In this document: positions 51,382 to 59,168 of the stretch, piece by piece | Position numbering within the stretch: position 1 is the first letter of the stretch | Layout of the letters: the number at the start of each line of letters is the position of its first letter | Source: Candidatus Omnitrophota bacterium | GTDB taxonomy: Bacteria > Omnitrophota > Gorgyraeia > Gorgyraeales > Gorgyraeaceae | Assembly: GCA_043821705.1 (NCBI GenBank) | Contig: JBDRCN010000001.1 | Coordinates: forward strand, 8,851 to 72,850 | Length of the DNA stretch: 64,000 bases | Reading direction: 5' to 3' | The notes under the pieces: generated by a model | Database searches by the model: none | What the model saw: only the letters and a program-made list of their open reading frames with translations | What the model was told of the DNA's origin: nothing | Translations under genes and position numbers: made by a program

Positions 51382-52709
51382 TAAAAACTAAAAAAGATGT
51401 CATAAAATTAGTAAAAAAACATAATGTTAGATTTATAAAACTCTGGTTCACAGATGTTCTGGGGTTTCAAAAAGGTGTTTCTATTACAAGGAGTGAACTT
51501 GAGAGGGCTCTTTATGATGGTATGGGATTTGATGGTTCATCCATAGAAGGGTTCGCCCGTATTGAAGAAAGCGATATGGTAGCAATGCCTGATGTATCGA
51601 CTTTTCAGATGATACCTTGGAGGTCTAAAAAAGAAGGGCTTTCTGCAAGGATGTTCTGTGATGTGCTCCAGCCAAATGGAAAACCTTTTGAAGGAGACCC
51701 AAGATTTGTATTAAAGAAGAATTTGAAGTTAGCAAATGACATGGGATATACGAATTATTATGTAGGGCCTGAACTGGAGTATTTTTATTTCAACAACCCC
51801 AAGAATACTATCATATTGGACAGGGGAGGATATTTTGACCTTACGCCTTTAGATGTGGCGCAAGATCTGAGAAGAGATACAGTCTTGATGCTGGAAAAGA
51901 TGGGGATAGACGTAGAATATTCTCATCATGAAGTAGCTACATCACAGCACGAGATAGATCTTAGATATAATGATGTGCTCAAGATGGCAGACAATGTAAT
52001 GACCTATCGCATGGTCGTAAAAGAAGTAGCGAGGAAGAATGGGGCCTACGCGACATTTATGCCTAAGCCGATACACGGGATAAATGGAAGTGGTATGCAT
52101 GTACACCAATCTTTATTTAAAGGCAAGAAAAATGCTTTTTTTAGCAAGACTGACAAGAGGCATCTTTCTAACGAAGCCAAATATTTTATAGCAGGCATAT
52201 TAAAGCATGCACCTGAGATGGCAGCAGTAACGAATCAGTGGGTCAATTCTTATAAGAGACTTATCCCTGGTTATGAAGCGCCAGTATACATATGCTGGGC
52301 ACAGATGAATAGAAGTGCTCTTGTGAGAGTACCTATGTATAAGCCTGGGAAAGAACATGCTACTAGGATAGAATTCCGCTCGCCTGACCCAGCTTGCAAT
52401 CCTTACCTTGCGTTTTCAGTCATGCTTAGGGCTGGATTAGAAGGAATAAAGAATAAATATAAATTACAGGAACCTTCAGAAGATAATATTTATCATATGA
52501 CAGAGGAGGCAAGAGAAAAGGCCAACATAAAGTCTCTGCCTGAAGATCTATACGAAGCTATCAAGATCGCAGAAAAAAGCCAGCTTTTAAAGGACGCATT
52601 AGGAGATAAGGTCTTCAAATACTTCATAAGAAATAAATATATGGAATGGGACGAGTATAAGGCTCAAGTATCCCAATATGAAATAGACAAATATCTCCCT
52701 ATACTTTAA
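51375..52709 (+). CDS. glnA: Glutamine synthetase type I-alpha (copy 1)
   Basis: FDGSSIEGFARIEESD, HHEV-QHEI, FMPKP-NGSGMH, NSYKRL-PGYEAP, RIEFR-PDP. Confidence 0.93.
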   Translation: MLVKTKKDVIKLVKKHNVRFIKLWFTDVLGFQKGVSITRSELERALYDGMGFDGSSIEGFARIEESDMVAMPDVSTFQMIPWRSKKEGLSARMFCDVLQPNGKPFEGDPRFVLKKNLKLANDMGYTNYYVGPELEYFYFNNPKNTIILDRGGYFDLTPLDVAQDLRRDTVLMLEKMGIDVEYSHHEVATSQHEIDLRYNDVLKMADNVMTYRMVVKEVARKNGAYATFMPKPIHGINGSGMHVHQSLFKGKKNAFFSKTDKRHLSNEAKYFIAGILKHAPEMAAVTNQWVNSYKRLIPGYEAPVYICWAQMNRSALVRVPMYKPGKEHATRIEFRSPDPACNPYLAFSVMLRAGLEGIKNKYKLQEPSEDNIYHMTEEAREKANIKSLPEDLYEAIKIAEKSQLLKDALGDKVFKYFIRNKYMEWDEYKAQVSQYEIDKYLPIL

Positions 52710-52721
52710 TACCAATAAAAA

Positions 52722-53459
52722 ATGAAAAAACTTATCACATTTTCACTAATAATATTATCTTGCCTGATCTTGTATTCTACGATAGATTTTAGCAAGAATG
52801 GCCATGCATTAGAAGGGATATTAAATAGCAGCTCAGGGGAATTACCTTTCTCAAAAGGCGAGAGATTAATGTATGATGTTAAGTTGAACGGTGTAACGAT
52901 AGGCAGCTCGATACTTACATTTTACGGAGAAAAAGAGATAAATGGAAAGGCTGCGCATCACATTAATTTTTATACCCTTATCCCATCTCTTAAGGATTCA
53001 GAAGATATTTACGGAGATACTGAAAGTTTTTTACCAATGGAGGTTCATAGAAACCTTAAGAAGAAGCTGGGATTTAATGAGACAATAATAGAGGTATATG
53101 ATCAGGAGAATTTTAGGATAGATATCACCTCAAAGAGCAAGCTTCGCAGCAGAAAACTTTCTATTGAAAGAGATGCTCCGGTCCACAATCCCATACTCTT
53201 AAGTTATTTCTGTAGAGCTAAAGCGAGCTTTACTAAAGAAGATAGCTTCGACATTACTTTATCAAGGACAAAGTTTCAAGTTTATTATGATGGGAAGAAA
53301 GAGATAAAAACACCTTTAGGAAAACAGCTTGCCCATGTATTTACAAGTGACCCCAAGAAGTTTACGCTCTACCTAAGTGATGATGATAGGAAGACCCCAC
53401 TCATGATAGATAGCCCTGGCACCCTCGGCTACTCCCTTGTAATCCGCTCCATCGAATAA
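52722..53459 (+). CDS. Secreted protein, DUF3108-like
   Basis: Signal peptide, F-GE-L-Y start, I-TPLG, LYLSDD-RK-PL. Confidence 0.65.
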   Translation: MKKLITFSLIILSCLILYSTIDFSKNGHALEGILNSSSGELPFSKGERLMYDVKLNGVTIGSSILTFYGEKEINGKAAHHINFYTLIPSLKDSEDIYGDTESFLPMEVHRNLKKKLGFNETIIEVYDQENFRIDITSKSKLRSRKLSIERDAPVHNPILLSYFCRAKASFTKEDSFDITLSRTKFQVYYDGKKEIKTPLGKQLAHVFTSDPKKFTLYLSDDDRKTPLMIDSPGTLGYSLVIRSIE

Positions 53460-53466
53460 CTACCTT

Positions 53467-53662
53467 AACCTAAACCCAGCCTGTGACCTTTGGCGCTGGA
53501 ACACCGCGCCGTGTTCTACGGTTTAGAGCTCGCTCTACGAATAGAGCTTTCGCCTTTAGTTAGGCTCGATCTCGCTCTAAAGCCTTGAACACTTCATGCT
53601 TAAATATTACTGGATGCCGCTATGTTCCTTATGCGCCAAAGGTCACAGGCTGGGTTTAGGTT
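53467..53662 (+). repeat. Family C, copy 2, with perfect 30-bp terminal inverted repeats
   Basis: 53467-53496 is the exact reverse complement of 53633-53662. Confidence 0.93.
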
Positions 53663-53687
53663 GCTATGGCTTTAAGCTATAATTACA

Positions 53688-53716
53688 TTGACTCAATGGC
53701 TGGGGTGTGGTATATT
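53688..53716 (+). promoter_or_regulatory. Sigma70 promoter of the alternative sigma gene
   Basis: TTGACT-17 nt-TATATT with extended TG. Confidence 0.7.
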
Positions 53717-53727
53717 TATAATATAAG

Positions 53728-53804
53728 GGCACAAAGTATGTGCTATAAGAGATAATGAAGTCCTTTTTGGTAGTAAGAGACTACTGAAAAGGACTTTTTG
53801 CTTT
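53728..53804 (+). promoter_or_regulatory. ANTAR-type dual hairpin + overlapping terminator (leader 1)
   Basis: GCAC-AAAGUAU-GUGC; GAU-AAUGAA-GUC; 16-bp terminator stem 53759-95 + U run. Confidence 0.82.
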
Positions 53805-53820
53805 AGAGAAGGTGATCTTA

Positions 53821-54330
53821 ATGGATCTTAGGATATTACTTGAGAGAATAACCCCTACGCTTAGGCTTATTGCTAGAAGACACCTCTTGAGAGGGTTTTA
53901 TAGTGAAGATGACCTCTATCAGGAGATGTGCTTATATCTATTAGAGCATTATAAATATGGTCTTCCTATAGGCAAGAATGAGAGTTATGTTATTAAGGGG
54001 TGTGAGTTTCATCTGCAGAATTTTTTGAGAAAAGGTCGCTCTAAGGTATCATTCTCTAGCCTTGATCAGGTCATATCTCCTAGAGGTCTTACATTGGGTG
54101 AGATCCTTGAAGATAAAAGAGAGGATCTTTCTTCAAGCCTATCTAATAGACTGACAGTCGATGAATTAAATTCTATAGGGCTAACTGAGATGGAAAAAAA
54201 AGTCATAACATCTCTCTTAAAAGGAAATACTGTCCGTGAAGTAGGAAAAGAGCTTGGCATTTCTCATGTAATGGTGTTAAAGTATAAGAAGAATATTAAG
54301 AAAAAATGGCAAAAGAAGTTTAATCAGTAA
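53821..54330 (+). CDS. Alternative (ECF-sized) sigma-70 family factor
   Basis: Region 2 EDDLYQE, SLD linker, region 4 LT-EK-VI...G-TVREVG-ELGIS. Confidence 0.82.
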   Translation: MDLRILLERITPTLRLIARRHLLRGFYSEDDLYQEMCLYLLEHYKYGLPIGKNESYVIKGCEFHLQNFLRKGRSKVSFSSLDQVISPRGLTLGEILEDKREDLSSSLSNRLTVDELNSIGLTEMEKKVITSLLKGNTVREVGKELGISHVMVLKYKKNIKKKWQKKFNQ

Positions 54331-54346
54331 ACAGAAAGGAACTAAT

Positions 54347-55099
54347 ATGAAACACGTTAAAAATCTAGCATTAATAACTATGCTGTTTTCAATTATCATC
54401 TTAGCTGGAACTGTTTTTGCTGGGGAGGTGCTTTTAGAAGAAACTGATATAAGCATATCCTCTGATATAGGTTTTTTCTCAAAGTATATGTGGAGAGGCA
54501 TGAAGCTAGATGATGATCCTGTAATGCAACCAGGAGTTTATATCTCGGGTTATGGATTTGAGGTAAGTGTTTGGGGCAATATTGACATGGATTCAGATGA
54601 TTCTTTGACAAGCGAAGAAGTGGATTATGCAATAAGTTATAGTTACTCTATTCCTGAAACACCAGTTTCATTATCAGGAGGCTTTACATATTATGATTTC
54701 CCAAAAGCGGATTCAGCTAGCAGGGAGTGGTTTGTGGGAGTAAGTCTAGATACTATACTTTCTCCTTCTTTGACACTGTATCATGATTTCGGAGAAGAAG
54801 ATTCAGGAGGGGGAAGCGGTGATTATTTATACTTAGGGCTTAGTCATTCTGAACCTATAGGTGATTCCCCAGTCAGTTTAGACCTATCTGGGGGGATCGG
54901 ATATAACGAAGAGCTATTTATTAATGGAGAAGGCGGCCATGTTAATCTGGGAGCAGGTTTTACTATACAATTGACAGATATTTGTTCAGTTTCTCCAACT
55001 GTAAACTACGATATACCATTTGGAGATATGGAAGATGAAGATGATGGTAATTATGACGATGAGTTTTATGGCGGAGCAACTGTGGCTTTTAGTCTATAA
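54347..55099 (+). CDS. TorF-like putative porin
   Basis: Signal peptide, SKYMWRG...P-MQ, EVDY, YYDFP; adjacent to amtB-glnK. Confidence 0.72.
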   Translation: MKHVKNLALITMLFSIIILAGTVFAGEVLLEETDISISSDIGFFSKYMWRGMKLDDDPVMQPGVYISGYGFEVSVWGNIDMDSDDSLTSEEVDYAISYSYSIPETPVSLSGGFTYYDFPKADSASREWFVGVSLDTILSPSLTLYHDFGEEDSGGGSGDYLYLGLSHSEPIGDSPVSLDLSGGIGYNEELFINGEGGHVNLGAGFTIQLTDICSVSPTVNYDIPFGDMEDEDDGNYDDEFYGGATVAFSL

Positions 55100-55133
55100 A
55101 GGCACAAAAGCAATAGATTAGAACTTATTAAGG

Positions 55134-55169
55134 GGTTACCAAAATAAGCCAATTTTTACTTGTATAAGT
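55134..55169 (+). promoter_or_regulatory. Conserved bipartite motif, candidate alternative-sigma promoter (amtB)
   Basis: GGTTACCAAAA-N8-TTTTTACTTGTATAAGT, same at 57360-57395. Confidence 0.75.
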
Positions 55170-55175
55170 GACGGA

Positions 55176-55235
55176 AGACACATAGTTGTGTTTATACAAA
55201 GGCGTTCTTTATTGGAAAGAACGCCTTTTTTATTT
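55176..55235 (+). promoter_or_regulatory. ANTAR-type dual hairpin + terminator (leader 2)
   Basis: ACAC-AUAGUU-GUGU; AC-AAAGGC-GU; perfect 13-bp terminator stem 55198-55228 + U run. Confidence 0.8.
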
Positions 55236-55247
55236 AAGGAGGATATT

Positions 55248-56504
55248 GTGGAAAATTTAGCTAGTTTTACGAGAGGTCTTGATACCATGTGGGTCCTGAT
55301 AGCAGCATTTCTAGTGTTCTTTATGCAAGCAGGATTTGGCATGGTAGAAGCAGGATTTATAAGAGCAAAGAACACTTGCAATATATTGACAAAGAATTTC
55401 TTGGATTTTTGCATGGCATCTTTAGGGTTTTTCGTTTTTGGTTATGCAATAATGTTCGGAGAAGGAAATCCTTTTATAGGAATGAAGGGATGGTTTCTGA
55501 GCGGGGCGGTATCTGGTGCAGGCGTACCTTTATATGCATTTTGGCTGTTTCAGGCAGCATTCTGCGGAGCTGCTGCGACTATAGTCGCAGGAGGCATGGC
55601 TGAACGTATGAAATTTCAAGCTTACTTAATATATTCCTTTCTGATTTCCGCTTTTATTTACCCGATCGTCGGCCATTGGATATGGGGAGGAGGATGGTTA
55701 GCTGGATTAGGTTTTAGTGATTTTGCAGGTTCTACAGTTGTACATTTAGTAGGCGGAGTTGCTGCTCTTATCGGGACTATTATGCTTGGCCCTAGAATGG
55801 GAAAATATAGTCCTGATGGGTCAGCGAATGCTATTGCGGGGCACAGTATACCATTAGCATCTTTAGGAGTGTTTATACTCTGGTTCGGATGGTTTGGTTT
55901 TAACCCAGGGTCTACATTGAGCGTAGGAAATGGAGATCTGATAGCAAGGGTAGCTATAAATACTAACCTGGCAGCTGCGCTCGGAGGGATAGCAGCTATG
56001 TTAACTGTATGGAAGATGTTTGGAAAACCTGATCTATCTATGGCAATGAATGGCGCGCTTGCAGGACTTGTAGCGATAACAGCACCATGCGCTTTTGTAG
56101 ACCCATGGGCAGCTATTATTATAGGTATAGTAGCTGGAATTATCGTTGTTTTAGGAGTAACTCTATTAGATAGATTACATATAGACGATCCAGTAGGGGC
56201 TTTTCCAGTACACGGTATCAATGGTATTTGGGGAACTCTTGCCATAGGATTGTTTGGTCAAAAAGCGCTTGGCCTTGCAAATAATGGCCTCTTTTATGGA
56301 GGGGGATTTCTGCAACTCGGTATCCAGGTTTTAGGTGTATTATCAGTAGCAGGATTTATTATTGTTTCAATGGGCCTAATCTTTAAGGCAATAAATTCCA
56401 CTATTGGTTTAAGGGTGTCAAAAGAAGAAGAGCTAAAAGGCCTAGATATAGGAGAGCATGGGATGGAGTCGTATTCTGGGTTCCAGGTTTTTACTACTCA
56501 GTAA
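55248..56504 (+). CDS. amtB: Ammonium transporter
   Basis: FFMQAGF, DFAGSTVVH, LWFGWFGFN, NGALAGLVAIT, DDPVGA-PVHG, GLDIGEHG; AAGGAGG before GTG 55248. Confidence 0.96.
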   Translation: MENLASFTRGLDTMWVLIAAFLVFFMQAGFGMVEAGFIRAKNTCNILTKNFLDFCMASLGFFVFGYAIMFGEGNPFIGMKGWFLSGAVSGAGVPLYAFWLFQAAFCGAAATIVAGGMAERMKFQAYLIYSFLISAFIYPIVGHWIWGGGWLAGLGFSDFAGSTVVHLVGGVAALIGTIMLGPRMGKYSPDGSANAIAGHSIPLASLGVFILWFGWFGFNPGSTLSVGNGDLIARVAINTNLAAALGGIAAMLTVWKMFGKPDLSMAMNGALAGLVAITAPCAFVDPWAAIIIGIVAGIIVVLGVTLLDRLHIDDPVGAFPVHGINGIWGTLAIGLFGQKALGLANNGLFYGGGFLQLGIQVLGVLSVAGFIIVSMGLIFKAINSTIGLRVSKEEELKGLDIGEHGMESYSGFQVFTTQ

Positions 56505-56513
56505 AAGGAGGAC

Positions 56514-56858
56514 ATGATGAAACTAATAATCGCAATGATACAACCGCATAAATTACCAGATGTAAAAAAAGCCTTATTTGATGCCGAGGTCTACAAGATG
56601 ACAGTTACAAATGCCTTAGGCTGTGGCCAGCAAAAAGGCTTTACAGAGACTTATAGAGGCGTAATACATGATGTGAATCTCCTGAAGAAAGTAAGGCTTG
56701 AGATAGCTGTCAATGAAGACTTTGTTCAACCTACTATAGATGCGATAATCAGCGGCGCTAGAACAGGTGAAATAGGAGATGGTAAGATATTTATACTTGA
56801 CCTGCCAGAATGCATCAGGATACGTACTGGAGAAAGAGGCAATGAGGCAATAGGTTAG
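56514..56858 (+). CDS. glnK: P-II nitrogen regulatory protein
   Basis: [30 protein letters not shown]; adjacent to amtB. Confidence 0.93.
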   Translation: MMKLIIAMIQPHKLPDVKKALFDAEVYKMTVTNALGCGQQKGFTETYRGVIHDVNLLKKVRLEIAVNEDFVQPTIDAIISGARTGEIGDGKIFILDLPECIRIRTGERGNEAIG

Positions 56859-56866
56859 GACTTGCT

Positions 56867-57043
56867 GGCTGTCTTGGCCTGGCTCTATCAGCACCGCTCG
56901 GATTTCCCCAGCGAGGAAATCCTTCGCTTCATGATAATTTTCGCTCCCCGCCATTTTGTAACGTCTATTTGATAGTAGTTAAAATGGCGGGACCATGCCC
57001 GCTCAAATTCTCAAGATGCTGCTAGAGCCAGACCAAGCCAGCC
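56867..57043 (-). repeat. Family B, copy 4
   Basis: Reverse-complement B core, 21-bp terminal stem, 8 nt after the glnK stop. Confidence 0.92.
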
Positions 57044-57192
57044 TTTACTCAAACCTATAGGCTTATTGCGATTTCCAGGTCTCTTAGGCTGTCAGCATGA
57101 ATGAGATTTTCAAATTCATGAACATAGTCTTGATTTAGCTTGCTTGAACAGCATTTTGCAGATTACTTTTAACCTGATTAGAAGTAGCAGAT

Positions 57193-57283
57193 TAGCAGTG
57201 GGTGGCCGAGATTGGGGTCCCTACAAGCGCGCAGGCAAATGCCGAGCACTTGCGGGGTGAATCTCGGACAGGACCCACTGCTA
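57193..57283 (-). repeat. Family A, copy 2
   Basis: Reverse complement of 223-313 with a compensatory change in the terminal stem. Confidence 0.9.
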
Positions 57284-57308
57284 AGATAGTTAAAGGTGCG
57301 GAGAATAC

Positions 57309-57346
57309 GAGTGGTGCTGATAGGGGTAAGACAGGGCAGTTCGCTA
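57309..57346 (+). repeat. Partial family B 3' end
   Basis: gagtggtgctgataggggtaagacag resembles 19772-19802. Confidence 0.55.
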
Positions 57347-57359
57347 GGGATAAAAAAGA

Positions 57360-57395
57360 GGTTACCAAAAAGCCTTGTTTTTTACTTGTATAAGT
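57360..57395 (+). promoter_or_regulatory. Conserved bipartite motif, candidate alternative-sigma promoter (glnA2)
   Basis: Both blocks (28 of 36 nt) identical to 55134-55169, same spacing. Confidence 0.75.
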
Positions 57396-57422
57396 AGTAA
57401 TCTACCAGTGTGGGTAGATAAA

Positions 57423-57495
57423 CACAAAGTTTGTGAATAGGATAATGGCGTCCTTTTTAGCGGCTGGTTCTAGCTAAGAAGGACTTTTTTATTTT
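57423..57495 (+). promoter_or_regulatory. ANTAR-type dual hairpin + terminator (leader 3)
   Basis: CAC-AAAGUUU-GUG; AGGAU-AAUGGC-GUCCU; 12-bp terminator stem 57450-84 + U6. Confidence 0.85.
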
Positions 57496-57515
57496 AACCA
57501 AAAAAAGGAGGAAAA

Positions 57516-58844
57516 ATGGTTATGACAAAGAAAGATGTATTGAAGCTGGTAAAGGAAAATGACGTAAAATTTATCAGGCTTTGGTTCACAGATCTCTTAG
57601 GCCAGGTTAAAAGCTTTGCAATATTAGACAGTGAATTGGAAGGCGCTTTAGAAAATGGTATGGGATTTGATGGTTCATCTATTACAGGCTACCAGGATAT
57701 TGAAGAAAGCGATATGATCGCTCTTCCTGACCCTAGCACATTTTGTTTGCTTCCATGGAGGCCAGGAGAAAAAGCTGTAGCAAGGATGATATGCGATGTT
57801 CTAACGCCAGACAAACAGCCTTATGAAGGTGACCCAAGGTATGTTTTGAAAAAGGCCCTAAAAAGAGCATCTGATATGGGATTTGATCATTTTTATCTAG
57901 GGCCAGAATTAGAGTTTTTCTATTTCAGGAATGACTCAGGCACGGAGATCCTTGATAAAGGAGGGTATTTTGACCTTACGACCTTGGATGTGGCAAGTGA
58001 TCTAAGAAGAGAGACAGTCTTGGCTTTAGAGAAGATGGGTATCAAGATAGAGTATTCTCATCATGAAGTCGCACCGTCTCAACATGAAGTTGACATGAGA
58101 TACGATGATGCATTAAAAATGGCAGATAATGTCATTACCTATAGAATAGCAGTAAAAGAGATCGCTAGTAAATTCGGGGTGTACGCTACTTTTATGCCTA
58201 AACCTATTTTTGGACAGAATGGTTCAGGTATGCACACTCACCAGTCACTATTTAAAGGTGAGAAAAACGCATTTTTTGATAAAAGCACAAAGGATAACCT
58301 GTCTGATACAGCGCGTTCCTACATAGCAGGTCTATTAAAACATTCAAAAGAGATCTGTTCGATATTTGCTCAAACTACAAATTCTTATAAGAGGCTAGTG
58401 CCTGGTTACGAAGCGCCTGTATATGTCGCATGGTCTCGCAGAAACAGGTCAGCTCTTGTCAGAGTTCCTTTATATCATCCTGGTATGGAAAAAGCTACAA
58501 GGTGTGAATTCAGGGCATGTGATCCAGCATGTAACCCATATCTCACATTTGCAGCAATGCTTCACGCAGGATTAGAGGGAATAGAGAAAGGCTATAAATG
58601 CCCTGATGCAATGGAAGGCAATCTATATCATCTAAGCGACAATGAAAGAAAAGCGCGAGGTATAGAGACCTTACCTGATAACTTAGGCCAGGCTATTAAT
58701 ATTACAGAAGGAAGTGAACTAGTTAAAAAGACCCTTGGGACACATATTTTCCCGAGATTCATAGAGCTGAAGAAAAAGGAATGGGATAGTTACAGGATAC
58801 AGGTACCTCAGTACGAATTAGATAAGTATTTATCTATTCTTTAA
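57516..58844 (+). CDS. glnA: Glutamine synthetase type I-alpha (copy 2)
   Basis: FDGSSITGYQDIEESD, HHEVAPSQHE, FMPKP-NGSGMH, NSYKRLVPGYEAP; AAGGAGG RBS. Confidence 0.93.
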   Translation: MVMTKKDVLKLVKENDVKFIRLWFTDLLGQVKSFAILDSELEGALENGMGFDGSSITGYQDIEESDMIALPDPSTFCLLPWRPGEKAVARMICDVLTPDKQPYEGDPRYVLKKALKRASDMGFDHFYLGPELEFFYFRNDSGTEILDKGGYFDLTTLDVASDLRRETVLALEKMGIKIEYSHHEVAPSQHEVDMRYDDALKMADNVITYRIAVKEIASKFGVYATFMPKPIFGQNGSGMHTHQSLFKGEKNAFFDKSTKDNLSDTARSYIAGLLKHSKEICSIFAQTTNSYKRLVPGYEAPVYVAWSRRNRSALVRVPLYHPGMEKATRCEFRACDPACNPYLTFAAMLHAGLEGIEKGYKCPDAMEGNLYHLSDNERKARGIETLPDNLGQAINITEGSELVKKTLGTHIFPRFIELKKKEWDSYRIQVPQYELDKYLSIL

Positions 58845-58855
58845 GTGGTAGATTT

Positions 58856-58889
58856 GCCTGGCGGGAAAAGATCCAGTTTCCCGCCAGGT
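58856..58889 (+). terminator. GC-rich hairpin after glnA2 (possible weak terminator or stabiliser)
   Basis: cctggcgggaaa/tttcccgccagg; U run displaced by several nt. Confidence 0.45.
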
Positions 58890-58952
58890 GTCAAATTTTT
58901 TGTATAGCTATGCACATGATTTAAGCAGGATTTGAATAAGAGGGAAGACTAT

Positions 58953-59168
58953 ATGATAGATAAGATCGATGATGATTTTTTAATGGTCAACAGAGGCCAT
59001 ATATACGAGACTGCTATGGGGAGCCTAGAAAAGCTCATCATTGAAAAAGCCCTTGAAAAATCATTTGGCAATAAGATAATAGCTGCAAAGATCCTTGGTA
59101 TCCATAGGAACACACTATATACTAAGGTAAAGAAATTATGTATTAATTCGGAGCGTTATAAGATATGA
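58953..59168 (+). CDS. Stand-alone Fis/NtrC-type HTH protein
   Basis: LEK-LIEKAL...GNK--AAKILGIHRNTLY-K-KKL; ATGA overlap with gltB. Confidence 0.85.
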   Translation: MIDKIDDDFLMVNRGHIYETAMGSLEKLIIEKALEKSFGNKIIAAKILGIHRNTLYTKVKKLCINSERYKI

